Translations under genes and position numbers: made by a program | Source of the DNA: Methanomicrobiales archaeon | GTDB lineage: Archaea > Halobacteriota > Methanomicrobia > Methanomicrobiales > Methanospirillaceae | DNA length: 29,851 bases | Reading direction: 5' to 3' | Assembly: GCA_037137755.1 (NCBI GenBank) | Contig: JBAXJR010000028.1 | Span: forward strand, 1-29,851 | Shown here: positions 18,331 through 27,728 of the stretch, piece by piece | Layout: each line of letters starts with the position of its first letter | Numbering within the stretch: position 1 is the stretch's first letter | Notes under the pieces: model-generated | Databases searched by the model: none | What the model saw: the letters and a program-made list of their open reading frames with translations, nothing else | Told to the model about the DNA's origin: nothing

Positions 18331-18696
18331 TTAAGGCCCATGAGTCAACTGGGCGAGTTCGTTGAGTACCACGCTCCATTGGTACGGTTTATTGATGTAA
18401 CTCAGTGCGCCGGCCTTTACAGCTTCCTCGATATGGGCAGCCTGCCCGTCAGCAGATATCACAAGAATTTTTGCATCGGGGTTTATCTTTTTAATTGCCC
18501 TGATAGTCTCAAGACCATTCAGTTTCGGCATGACCATGTCAACGATAACAATATCAGGATTCGTCCTGCTGAATTCACTGACCCCTGCCTCTCCATCACC
18601 AGCCTCACCAGCAATCTCATACCCACCTGAAAGGAGTATTTTTTTCAGAATATCCCTTGCATATTCAGCGTCATCAATGACCAGGACCCGTGCCAT
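18331..18696 (-). CDS. single-domain response regulator (CheY-like)
   Basis: MARVLVIDD, phosphoacceptor in VDMVMPKLNG, ISA and YINKPY. Start is ATG 18696. Confidence 0.92.
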   Translation of the reverse strand: MARVLVIDDAEYARDILKKILLSGGYEIAGEAGDGEAGVSEFSRTNPDIVIVDMVMPKLNGLETIRAIKKINPDAKILVISADGQAAHIEEAVKAGALSYINKPYQWSVVLNELAQLTHGP

Positions 18697-18909
18697 ATAA
18701 ACGAGTATTCTGCCTTCACATACTATAAGGTCTTCGTTATGCTTCATCCACGGGTTAGCTGGCGGGTCTGCTGATATCATCAGTTTTTGGGTTCCCGGCC
18801 ACCAATGCCAGCTGATCTGCCAATCACGTGACCTTTCAATAATTGTCTGGTGAAGCTCCTCGGTATTTTTTCCCTTATACGCAGGACAAAGGTGATGGGG
18901 ATCCGGCCT

Positions 18910-20319
18910 TCAGAATGATGCCATGTCTTTACCTTCCCATCGCGTATATCCTTTCCTGACAAGCACGAATGCAGGAATACCAAGTAAGAGAGCCGCGATC
19001 CCAAAATAGGGGTTAAAAAACGCGAGGGCAATCAGTACCATAACTGGGACTCCGACAAGGACCATAAAAGCAATGAGCACTTTCACATCGTAAACAAGGA
19101 CATTGGGAGTCAGACCGGTCAGGTATACAGAAACCGCGAGTGCATAGAATGAAACTGCACCCCAGAGCACCATTGCAGGAATGAGGTACAAGAACCCACC
19201 AGAAATGAACGTAACGACGATCATGAACACAGCGGGGATAAGCTGGAGCACAGTAAAACTACAGATCTTGCTCGTGATGAGCGTGGAAACACTGACCGGC
19301 AGACATGCATAGGAGCTGAAGGTGTCAAATGACGTGATCCACGTATACATGGTCGCCGAAATAATCCCGGTGGTTACCGCGAAAACGAGCAGGACTGCAT
19401 ATTCCGGGACCAACGCCCTCAACACCGACAGGAAGAACCAGATCAGTCCAAGCGGGAGAAGGAACGAAAATAGTACCTGCCCGACACCACCCCCGCTCCT
19501 CCAGAGGTCAACCAGGTCCTTCGCCGCCAGGGGTGGAGTCGGGAAAAACGATAATTTCCCGATAAGAGGGGTGAGAAGATTTGAAAACCGTTTGGAAGTC
19601 CCGGTATATTCCGGGGAAAAGAGTGCAATTGAGACTCCGAACGGGATGGCAACGATGATGCAGGACTCAATTAATGCAGTCCACGTACCGTTATGAAGCA
19701 GCTGCAGAGGAGGGAACAGGTCGGCAAGACCGGTCCCGTATGAAAGGTATGCCCACCCTGCAATGACAAGAATTATTACAAATATAATGGCGAGCGCGGT
19801 TTTCGAGCGCGAATATACGGTAGAAAGGAAAAAAATCACTGACAACCCGAAAAGAAATGTCAGGGTAAGGCTGGCAAAGAGGAGGAGCGGGTAAGTTGGC
19901 GGCACACCGATAAACGGAGAAGCAACTGCAAACCCAAGTACGAACGGGAGCACCCAGAGGATGAGGTAGTAGACGATATCTTTGAGAACAAAATTGGTGA
20001 ATATATATCGTTCCGACAAGGGCAGGCTCCGCGCAGAATAGGCAAGCAGGCTCATCTGCCCGAAGCGCCGGTTCATCACTTCGTTGCCGAGAAGACCAAA
20101 ACCCCCGACCATCACCCCGAGGAGGAGGAAGACGCCAGTAATAATCAGGGCCAGGTCGCCTGCCGGAAGCACTGCACGAAAGAGTGGGAGGAGGAATGAA
20201 CTCATACATACGATCCCGAAGATCAACACGGGGAACAGGGCAAAACTGAGGCTCCCGAACAGAGTGGAATGGAGTCGCCACTCTTCTTTCATCATGCTGG
20301 TAAAAAGCTCAAGCCCCAT
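18910..20319 (-). CDS. multi-pass ABC exporter permease-like membrane protein
   Basis: About 12 TMs with a two-half architecture (MMKEEWRLHS / AAKDLVDLWRS), downstream of the ABC ATPase. Start is ATG 20319; the longer ORF overlaps the ATPase. Confidence 0.8.
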   Translation of the reverse strand: MGLELFTSMMKEEWRLHSTLFGSLSFALFPVLIFGIVCMSSFLLPLFRAVLPAGDLALIITGVFLLLGVMVGGFGLLGNEVMNRRFGQMSLLAYSARSLPLSERYIFTNFVLKDIVYYLILWVLPFVLGFAVASPFIGVPPTYPLLLFASLTLTFLFGLSVIFFLSTVYSRSKTALAIIFVIILVIAGWAYLSYGTGLADLFPPLQLLHNGTWTALIESCIIVAIPFGVSIALFSPEYTGTSKRFSNLLTPLIGKLSFFPTPPLAAKDLVDLWRSGGGVGQVLFSFLLPLGLIWFFLSVLRALVPEYAVLLVFAVTTGIISATMYTWITSFDTFSSYACLPVSVSTLITSKICSFTVLQLIPAVFMIVVTFISGGFLYLIPAMVLWGAVSFYALAVSVYLTGLTPNVLVYDVKVLIAFMVLVGVPVMVLIALAFFNPYFGIAALLLGIPAFVLVRKGYTRWEGKDMASF

Positions 20320-20365
20320 GATCAGGGTCCCCCGGGCAGAGTCAGCTGAAGAATTTTTGGCATTT

Positions 20366-21088
20366 TCAATCGTCCCGGACCTGCGAGAAGAAAAACTCTG
20401 CAAGGTGCTGCTTTTTACCGGCAAGTTCACTATTCGCCCCGCTATAGAGCAGTTTACCTTTATGCAGAATGGCAAATCCTGTACAGATCTCTTCCGCAAT
20501 CTCGAGAATATGCGTGGAGATAAAAATTGTCCCCCCTGATGTTACGTACTCTGAAAGGTATCCCTTGACTTTTCGCTGCATTATCGGGTCGAAATTGATA
20601 AGAGGTTCATCAATGAGGGCAAGTACGGGTTTATGGAGGAACGCCTGGGCGAACATCAGTTTCTGCCGCGTCCCGCGGGAGAGGTCTTTGCACAGTATAT
20701 CCCGCTTATCTTCGAAATCAAGGAACCGGAACCACCATGCTGCCTTTTCATCGATGTCCGGGATCTTCCTGACTGCCCCGACGAAAGCGAGGTATTCCAT
20801 GGCAGTAAGGAAACTCGGCGGGGTCTCCTGTTCAGGGATGATCCCGACAGACTTTCTAACACCAATCGGATCTTCAAGGACATTAAGGCCAAGCACGGTC
20901 GCATGGCCTTTCGTTGGCCGGATCTGACCGGTAAGCATCTTGATCATCGTCGTCTTGCCAGACCCGTTCGGGCCAAGCAGACCGAAAAGTGAGCCCTGCG
21001 GCACGGACAGGGTAACATTGTCCACCGCCATGGTCTCACCGAACTGCTTCGTGAGACCCTGTACTTCAATAACCGTAACCATTCCCAT
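20366..21088 (-). CDS. ABC transporter ATP-binding protein (multidrug/ABC-2 type)
   Basis: Walker A GPNGSGKT, variant signature LSRGTRQK, Walker B LIDEP and STH. RBS GAGGAGG. Start is 21088 or 21082. Confidence 0.93.
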   Translation of the reverse strand: MGMVTVIEVQGLTKQFGETMAVDNVTLSVPQGSLFGLLGPNGSGKTTMIKMLTGQIRPTKGHATVLGLNVLEDPIGVRKSVGIIPEQETPPSFLTAMEYLAFVGAVRKIPDIDEKAAWWFRFLDFEDKRDILCKDLSRGTRQKLMFAQAFLHKPVLALIDEPLINFDPIMQRKVKGYLSEYVTSGGTIFISTHILEIAEEICTGFAILHKGKLLYSGANSELAGKKQHLAEFFFSQVRDD

Positions 21089-21094
21089 TCCTCC

Positions 21095-21112
21095 TCATGA
21101 TCATTATCATGA
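21095..21112. promoter_or_regulatory. perfect 7-4-7 inverted repeat, operator candidate
   Basis: TCATGAT-CATT-ATCATGA abuts the RBS of the ABC ATPase. Confidence 0.4.
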
Positions 21113-21363
21113 ACCATTCCAGTATACCAGGGGGTTTTCACCGGTGGGGTCTTTATAGCACCGGACGACAGCCCTCATTTCGGGCAATTGTTTTTTCGTT
21201 GCGCTTGTACCTGACATATGGTTCAAGGGGTATATGGTGATTACCCGGGGCCGGTTCATTACACGATGTGCTGGTCTTCACAACCAGGAAGGATGCTCCT
21301 CTGCCCTAACGGCAGATATGGAATGGCAGGCATTTCCCGTATAACTCGTTGCCGCAGGGCGGT

Positions 21364-21849
21364 TTACACACTACCTGCTGCGGCCCTGACCATGGCAATC
21401 AGGTCATTAATTTTCTCATTCCCGGAAATCTCCGATTTATTCAGGACCAGTTCCCAGGAGACACTGACTCCTTTCGTTTCAAGAGCTGATTTCAGGATAG
21501 GGAGGGTGTCTTTTGCTGAACTTCCGCAGGTCGCAAATATAAAGGCCTTTTTTCCTTCGCATCCTTTTAGTGCTGCAATTGCCCCGTTGATCACGGGTGT
21601 CGCTTTCCATGCCCAGACAGGAGTCCCGATAACGATCAGGTCGTATGACGATACATCGATGGTATCCGGACTTATCGGGTCACACACCTCCTTCCTTGCG
21701 CGAATACAGCCAACCGAGTATGCGGACAACGTCGAATAATTGTCCTTCGGTTTCACTTCAATAAGGTCTCCCCCGCAGGCAGCGTTGATTTTTTCAGCGA
21801 TGCCCCGGGTAACACCCGAATATGAATGGTAAATAATACATAACTTCAT
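21364..21849 (-). CDS. flavodoxin family protein
   Basis: IIYHSYSGVTRGIA, YDLIVIGTPVW and FIFATCGS. Confidence 0.88.
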   Translation of the reverse strand: MKLCIIYHSYSGVTRGIAEKINAACGGDLIEVKPKDNYSTLSAYSVGCIRARKEVCDPISPDTIDVSSYDLIVIGTPVWAWKATPVINGAIAALKGCEGKKAFIFATCGSSAKDTLPILKSALETKGVSVSWELVLNKSEISGNEKINDLIAMVRAAAGSV

Positions 21850-21852
21850 AAT

Positions 21853-22200
21853 TCACCGGTTAATTGCTTTTCTTTCATTATCCTGCCTGCACTTTTCCAT
21901 CACACGCCGGGACATTTCATCAAAATTTTCCTGGTAGCGGACCATGTTCTCACGGTTAAATGAATAATACATGTGATTTCCTTCCTTCCTCGACGTAATG
22001 ATACGCACATTCTTCAAGATTTTTAAATGTTGCGAGACAGCCGGTTGTGATATCCCGAGCATTCCTGCAAGATCGTTGACACCGAGGGCGCCATCCTGGT
22101 CATGGGCCAGGAAATAAATAATGCAGAGCCTGTTGTAATCTCCAAGGGCCTTGAACACCCCTGCCATCTCTTCAACAAACTGCCGGTCGCATCCACTCAT
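21853..22200 (-). CDS. ArsR/SmtB family transcriptional regulator
   Basis: FKALGDYNRLCII, LGISQPAVSQHLKILK and RKEGNHMYYS. It lies 3 bp from the flavodoxin gene. Confidence 0.93.
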   Translation of the reverse strand: MSGCDRQFVEEMAGVFKALGDYNRLCIIYFLAHDQDGALGVNDLAGMLGISQPAVSQHLKILKNVRIITSRKEGNHMYYSFNRENMVRYQENFDEMSRRVMEKCRQDNERKAINR

Positions 22201-22204
22201 TATA

Positions 22205-22231
22205 ATATAATTATATTCTTATATACTTAAA
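22205..22231 (-). promoter_or_regulatory. leaderless promoter (TTTAAGTA at 22231-22224) with overlapping ATATAA-N8-TTATAT palindrome (22205-22224)
   Basis: The TATA box is 24-31 nt upstream of the arsR ATG, and the inverted repeat lies between the TATA box and the start. Confidence 0.6.
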
Positions 22232-22383
22232 ATTACGGGTGGACCCCGGAAGCCCTGACCAGATCGGGTTACCTGTAGCACTTGCCAGCAGGCATAAGCT
22301 GGAATTGTTGCCTTTCGCGATATTCAATGCCTATTCTCACCCCTCCGGAAAACATTTACGATCACATTTACCATTAATGTCAC

Positions 22384-22896
22384 ATGAGACAGGTTCCCGA
22401 TCAGGCAGTTTCGGAAGTGATTGGGACGATCCTCATGGTGGCAATGGTCGTAATGATTGCAGGGATCACCGCAGCAGTGGTATTTGGTGTGCCCTTCGTC
22501 CCCCAGAAACCAACACTTGCCGGGTTTATGGTGGAAATAATGCAGAGTCCTAACAGCACCAGCCCGGGGGCACCAACTGTACCGGTTATCAGCTTTTACC
22601 AGGTATCGGGAGATAGACTCCCATTTTTTGGAGCAAACGGAACGAATGTCAGGCTTATTGATCCCGAAGGAGTTACCAGTACAGTTTTTTCCTCCATGAC
22701 AGGATCAGGTATCCTGGTTGGAGAACGATTTTTCGTTTTCCGGCATTTTGGAGATCCTGATTATTACCAGGTCACAAATAATCAAAGCAGCATTTCAGGC
22801 AGCATACCATTCACACCACATGGTACCTGGCGCTTCATCCTTACCGATGAAAAAGAGACGAACATGGTAATCTTCGAGAAAGATCTTACCCTTTAG
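22384..22896 (+). CDS. archaeal type IV pilin (Pilin_N/DUF1628)
   Basis: DQA|VSEVIGTILMVAMVVMIAGITAAVVFG class III signal and N-terminal helix. Confidence 0.88.
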   Translation: MRQVPDQAVSEVIGTILMVAMVVMIAGITAAVVFGVPFVPQKPTLAGFMVEIMQSPNSTSPGAPTVPVISFYQVSGDRLPFFGANGTNVRLIDPEGVTSTVFSSMTGSGILVGERFFVFRHFGDPDYYQVTNNQSSISGSIPFTPHGTWRFILTDEKETNMVIFEKDLTL

Positions 22897-22920
22897 TAAG
22901 CGGGATTGTAACCACCAGGA

Positions 22921-23205
22921 GTGAGGCATATACTGTATTTACAATATTTTTTGCTGCTGCTGGCGGTAGTAAATGGCATTGCTTTTTTTTCCTACTATAT
23001 TGACAAGAGGAACGCACAACATAACAGTTGGAGGACACCTGAACGTACCCTGTTGATGTGGGGATTAATTGGCCCTTTCGGGGCATATCTCGCAATGCGG
23101 ATGTTCCGGCATAAAACGCAGAAAACAAAATTCCTGCTGGTGCCGGTTTTTCTTGCTATGCAACTGATGCTGATCACCTTCGTTCTCGCAAAAATAGTTC
23201 CTTAA
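22921..23205 (+). CDS. DUF1294 family small membrane protein
   Basis: DKRNA...WRTPERTL...GPFGAYLAMRMFRHKTQK signature. Confidence 0.88.
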   Translation: MRHILYLQYFLLLLAVVNGIAFFSYYIDKRNAQHNSWRTPERTLLMWGLIGPFGAYLAMRMFRHKTQKTKFLLVPVFLAMQLMLITFVLAKIVP

Positions 23206-23304
23206 TTTCACGTCTGATCTTTATGACCACCAGAGTACCCCGTGGCAACGTGGAATTCACCAACCCTGCTTCTTTAATACAATGTTTTCCCATACTCTCC
23301 TCTA

Positions 23305-23790
23305 ATGCGAACCAACAGGCACCAATATTTTCTTGATCTGGCATACCGGTGTGCACACCAGGGTACCTGCCTGCGGCGCAATTTTGGCGCCATTATCGTG
23401 GATGAGTACAACACGATTGTTTCCACGGGTTACACCGGGGCGCCCCGGAAGCAGCCGGACTGCACGGAACTGAATAACTGCTGGAGGAAGGACCATAACA
23501 TCCCGTCAGGTTCGAACTATGAACGATGCAGGAGTGTCCATGCAGAAATGAATGCCCTTCTCCAGGCTGGAAAACTCGCACGCGGCTGCACCCTGTACCT
23601 TGCCGGTTATGATGTGGAGACGGAAGACCTGACCAGGATCTGGCCATGTTTTCTCTGTTCGAAAATGATCGTCAATAGTGGCATAAAAAATGTTATCATG
23701 AGGACAGGAGCAGAAGAATTCAGCGATATGGACCCGATGGCCCTCTACCAGATGCGGAGCAGGGAAGCACTGGGTGATGAGATACAATAA
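23305..23790 (+). CDS. dCMP deaminase (ComEB-like zinc deaminase)
   Basis: TCLRRNFGAIIV, STGYTGAP, HAEMNA and PCFLC. Confidence 0.9.
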   Translation: MRTNRHQYFLDLAYRCAHQGTCLRRNFGAIIVDEYNTIVSTGYTGAPRKQPDCTELNNCWRKDHNIPSGSNYERCRSVHAEMNALLQAGKLARGCTLYLAGYDVETEDLTRIWPCFLCSKMIVNSGIKNVIMRTGAEEFSDMDPMALYQMRSREALGDEIQ

Positions 23791-23881
23791 AGAGTAGCGG
23801 TTAAAAACACAAATAACTGCAAAACTACAGGGTTTATTCAAGAACTTCAAAAAAGGATGCAGCTGTCACGCTATCAACGGG

Positions 23882-25360
23882 TCACCATTTTTTTGTCCCG
23901 GATAATGAACCAAACATCCCCCGGATAATTTCACGCCCGATCTGGCTCCCGATAACAACCGCTGCACCCTTTGCAGCCTTACCGATAAGGTCACCCGTAC
24001 CTGATTGCCTGCCAGATGGAGGAGATTTTTGCGGGGTTTCCCTAGGTTTTTCAGCCATTCCTTGCGGAACCGCTTTTTGTGCCCTGGATTTTAATTGTTC
24101 GTACGCAGATTCCCGGTCAACAATAGTAGCATATTGTGCCTGGAATGGGGAACTCCTGATAACATGGTCACGTTCCTGTGGGGTAAGCGGGGCCATCCGA
24201 CTATGCGGTGGATAGATAAGTGCCCGCTCGACGACCATGGGCCTCCCCTGGCTGTCCAGCATCGAGACGAGTGCTTCCCCGATCCGCAGTTCAGTTATTA
24301 CCGTGGCGGTGTCAAACGCCGGGTTGGCCCGTAATGTCTGGGCGGCACCCTTTACATTTTTCTGGTCTTTCGGGGTGAAGGCACGGAGTGCATGGTGAAC
24401 ACGGTTCCCGAGCTGGCCGAGGACGGCATCCGGAAGATCGAGGGGGTTCTGAGTGACAAAATATACCCCGATCCCCTTTGACCGGATCAGCCTGACGACC
24501 TGAGTGATCCGCTCTTTCAGCATATCCGGTGTGTCCTGGAAGAGCAGATGGGCCTCGTCGAAAAAAAAGACCAGTGTTGGCTTCGGGGGGTCCCCAACTT
24601 CCGGGAATTTTTCGAATAGTTCCGACAGGAGCCAGAGCAGGAGCGTCGCATAGACTTTCGGTGACTGCATCAGTTTGTCAGCTGCGAGGACATTGATCAT
24701 CCCCCTTCCGGCGGGATCGGTCCTGACAAAGTCCATAATGTTTAATGCTGGCTCCCCGAAAAAGCGGTCGCCACCCTGTTGTTCAAGGGTCAGCAGGCTC
24801 CTCTGGATTGCGCCGATGCTTGCCGTTGAGATATTACCATACTCGGTCCGGAGGTCTTTTGCATGATCGCCACAGTACTGGGATATCGCCCTGAGATCTT
24901 TTAAATCCAGCAATAAAAGTCCCTGGTCATCCGCAATTTTAAAAAGCATTGTCAGTACGTCGGACTGGATGTCGCTCAGATCCAATATCCTGGCCAGTAG
25001 CAACGGACCCATCTCCGAGACCGTCGTCCGGACGGGGTGGCCGAGTTCCCCATAAACATCCCAGAACGTGACGGGATAGCCTCCATAGGAAAACCCGCCA
25101 AGGCCGACCTCTGTGGCACGTTCAGCGATCTTTGGATTATCTCCGCCAGCCATCACCATACCGGAAAGGTCCCCCTTTATATCTGCCATAAAAACAGGGA
25201 CACCCATGCTGCTGAAATTTTCGGCAAGCACCCGAAGGGTAACGGTTTTCCCCGTACCGGTTGCCCCCGCGACCAGGCCATGGCGGTTCGCCATCCCTGG
25301 CAACATATCGACTATCTCCCCACCTTTTGCAATGGGAACGGGCGAAATATTATCGGTCAT
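23882..25360 (-). CDS. DUF853 (YjgR-like) HerA/FtsK-superfamily ATPase
   Basis: [51 protein letters not shown] and C-terminal [12 protein letters not shown]. Confidence 0.92.
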   Translation of the reverse strand: MTDNISPVPIAKGGEIVDMLPGMANRHGLVAGATGTGKTVTLRVLAENFSSMGVPVFMADIKGDLSGMVMAGGDNPKIAERATEVGLGGFSYGGYPVTFWDVYGELGHPVRTTVSEMGPLLLARILDLSDIQSDVLTMLFKIADDQGLLLLDLKDLRAISQYCGDHAKDLRTEYGNISTASIGAIQRSLLTLEQQGGDRFFGEPALNIMDFVRTDPAGRGMINVLAADKLMQSPKVYATLLLWLLSELFEKFPEVGDPPKPTLVFFFDEAHLLFQDTPDMLKERITQVVRLIRSKGIGVYFVTQNPLDLPDAVLGQLGNRVHHALRAFTPKDQKNVKGAAQTLRANPAFDTATVITELRIGEALVSMLDSQGRPMVVERALIYPPHSRMAPLTPQERDHVIRSSPFQAQYATIVDRESAYEQLKSRAQKAVPQGMAEKPRETPQKSPPSGRQSGTGDLIGKAAKGAAVVIGSQIGREIIRGMFGSLSGTKKW

Positions 25361-25608
25361 CACAATTCGTCTGCAATATAGAGCATGGGAAGATATGGTT
25401 TATTCGGTCAGATCTTTTTTAGACGATTTTCCCGACACTGCGGGTCGATGTATGATCCAGCCTCCTTTGCAGGGAATATCCGGCAATCCCATATTCCTGT
25501 GCATTCCGAATACCCCGCTTCCAGTTAATTTATTAGACCATACCAATTTTCGGGATCATGACTGGCACAACCTCTATCGTATTCTGAAACAGAACGGATG
25601 ATCAGGAT

Positions 25609-26403
25609 ATGCAGGACGTCCCCGTGGTACTGGTCCATGGCTGGAAGAGCCATCCCGGGATCTGGAACAAACTTATTCTAAGGCTGTCAGAGGAAGATAT
25701 TTCCTTCTGGAACTTTGATCACGTGGCGATGGATGATATATCACTCGAAGAGATAGCGATTGGTCTGCAGCATTATGTAAACCTGAAAAGAGAAGAGACC
25801 GGGTACTCAGGCAGCATCGATATGGTCAGCCATTCCATGGGTACCTGCATTGCCCGGTACCTGCTTGAAGTGGTTGACGGACAGGAAAAGAATGAGAATG
25901 TCAGGCAGCTTATCGGCATCGGGCCGCCTAATAACGGGTCAGCAATGGCTGAACTGTTCAATCATCCTGATCATGGACCGAGGGTTATCGACACGCTGAA
26001 AGGAGTATTTGTACCTGAAGGATACATTCCTGCGGATGACATGATTGTCCAGGAATTCCGCCCGGGGAGCAGGACCATGAAGACCCTTGCCCGGGCCGGG
26101 CTTAGAAACGATATTGCTTACCGGATAATCCTCTCAACCAACCTGACACAGACACCAGACCTGTTCCCTCAATTCAAAGGAAAGACACCTGAAATTCTTC
26201 CGGATGGGACCTGGCACCTGACCTGGGAGGGGGACGGGATTGTAACACATTCTGATTCACATCTTCCCGGGGCCGAAATCGTTATCCTGCCAAAGGATAT
26301 GGGAAATTTTAACCAGTTCCCTGATCATTACAGTCATAGTAAGTTGCCAAGGAATTCCGAGGTGGTAGAACAGGTTATCAGGTTCCTGAAAAAGCCACGT
26401 TAA
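25609..26403 (+). CDS. alpha/beta hydrolase (lipase/esterase-like)
   Basis: PVVLVHGW, nucleophile elbow SHSMG, GPPNNGS, GDGIV and C-terminal His (SHSKL). Confidence 0.85.
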   Translation: MQDVPVVLVHGWKSHPGIWNKLILRLSEEDISFWNFDHVAMDDISLEEIAIGLQHYVNLKREETGYSGSIDMVSHSMGTCIARYLLEVVDGQEKNENVRQLIGIGPPNNGSAMAELFNHPDHGPRVIDTLKGVFVPEGYIPADDMIVQEFRPGSRTMKTLARAGLRNDIAYRIILSTNLTQTPDLFPQFKGKTPEILPDGTWHLTWEGDGIVTHSDSHLPGAEIVILPKDMGNFNQFPDHYSHSKLPRNSEVVEQVIRFLKKPR

Positions 26404-26632
26404 CCAAGGAGTACTATTAAAAATCCGGATTCACGGGGACCTGCTAAAATCCCCCGGTTAAATGCGGTATCATTGCAAGACCGTCACATGGGCCCCGGGC
26501 AACCGGGCATCCCGGGTTTGCAGAACATTCCTGGAATGTATCAGGACCAGATATGAAAGGGCTTCATTGTTGCCGACACTTCCGGATAATATAACTATTT
26601 TTATGACCAAGCACGGAACAATAGCTTCCTGA

Positions 26633-27058
26633 ATGCAAAAAAATACCCACCTCTTTATCGCCGTCCTGGTAGTGATACTACTCGCAGTATCTGCGATGGC
26701 TTGTACATCCCTTTTCAAGCCCGCCAGTGCTGAGGTTACTTCTGTTACGACGGACAGAGATCTCTACCATTCCAACGATGTTATGATGATGAAAATCCTC
26801 GTTAATTCTACCGGAATTACCACCGATACCTCTCTGAAAATCGAAGGAATAACGGATACGTACGGGCAGACACGTTTGTCGCATATAATGCGTGCAAATC
26901 TGACACCGGGACCGAATGTCTTCCTGTATGATTATCATCTCCCCACCTGTTCGAAATGTTCGGGACTTGACCCTGGCAACTACCCGCTTAACATTACTCT
27001 CGATAAAAACGGGACGATTATCTCAAATATGACAATAACAGTACGTTTAGAACAATAA
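26633..27058 (+). CDS. predicted lipoprotein/secreted protein with CxxC
   Basis: Signal peptide ending SAMA|C, a beta-rich body and LPTCSKCSGLDPGNY. Confidence 0.7.
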   Translation: MQKNTHLFIAVLVVILLAVSAMACTSLFKPASAEVTSVTTDRDLYHSNDVMMMKILVNSTGITTDTSLKIEGITDTYGQTRLSHIMRANLTPGPNVFLYDYHLPTCSKCSGLDPGNYPLNITLDKNGTIISNMTITVRLEQ

Positions 27059-27060
27059 TA

Positions 27061-27072
27061 TTTTTTTTTTTT
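27061..27072 (+). terminator. oligo-T terminator candidate
   Basis: T12 run between convergent genes, overlapping the HxlR stop codon. Confidence 0.5.
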
Positions 27073-27430
27073 ACAGGACACATTTCTCACAGGCCTGTTT
27101 GCCGCAGGCAATGTTATCAATCTTCCATTTGAGTGACCACCTTTTCATTCCCTCGATGATATCCACGATCTCAAGGCCGCTCTCGGTGATAGTATATTCA
27201 CTCTTTATGGGGAAATTTCCTGTTTCGACGTGCCTTTTCACCAGTCCCTCATCTTCGAGTTCTTTAAGACGTGCTGATAGGATTTTCGAGGTGATTTCGG
27301 GTAGTGAGTCCTTAAATTCCCCAAACCTGCGGGTATGGGATTTTACTTTGAAAAATTCCAGGATTACCAGGAGCGTCCACTTTTTTGTCAGGTATTTCAC
27401 GGTCTGGTTGACTGTACACCCTTCCTGCAT
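27071..27430 (-). CDS. HxlR (DUF24/MarR-type) winged-helix regulator
   Basis: GCTV...KKWTLLVI, RRFGEF, ITSKILSARLKELEDEGLVKR and EYTITESG. Confidence 0.92.
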   Translation of the reverse strand: MQEGCTVNQTVKYLTKKWTLLVILEFFKVKSHTRRFGEFKDSLPEITSKILSARLKELEDEGLVKRHVETGNFPIKSEYTITESGLEIVDIIEGMKRWSLKWKIDNIACGKQACEKCVL

Positions 27431-27467
27431 AGTATCATTTCAGAAACTTCCCACTATATATCATTTA

Positions 27468-27500
27468 GTATCTAAAAGATACATTGTAGCAATAAGAAAC
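27468..27500. promoter_or_regulatory. tandem operator candidates for the HxlR regulator
   Basis: Palindrome GTATCT-AAA-AGATAC (27468-27482) and degenerate GTAGC-N5-GAAAC (27486-27500). A related GTATC-N6-GAAAC lies at 27432-27447. Confidence 0.6.
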
Positions 27501-27728
27501 TATAAGGGTGTCTGAATTATGTCAGCATCAGGGAGCATTTTTTCCGCTTTCCGCTTTTAAACCATAGGGCGTAACCCGTGGTCACGGGTACCCTGGAGAT
27601 AGACTGCAGGGGTGGTATATCCCACTCAAGTATTAGTGGTATGTATCCGGAAAAAATCTTGCGAACGACGATTCCTGGGAAGGGTCTGTATATCCGGGGA
27701 ATGTTATGTAACACCTGGGAGCCAGAAA

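Noticed and set aside
20320-20499. 60-aa N-terminal extension of the permease ORF
   Set aside because: It overlaps the ATPase 3' end. The start at 20319 gives a typical membrane-protein N-terminus.
23305-26403. Deaminase + HerA-like ATPase + hydrolase as an anti-phage system
   Set aside because: The genes alternate in orientation and are not an operon. The deaminase is a short housekeeping type with no kinase fusion, and the ATPase is DUF853 with no nuclease partner.
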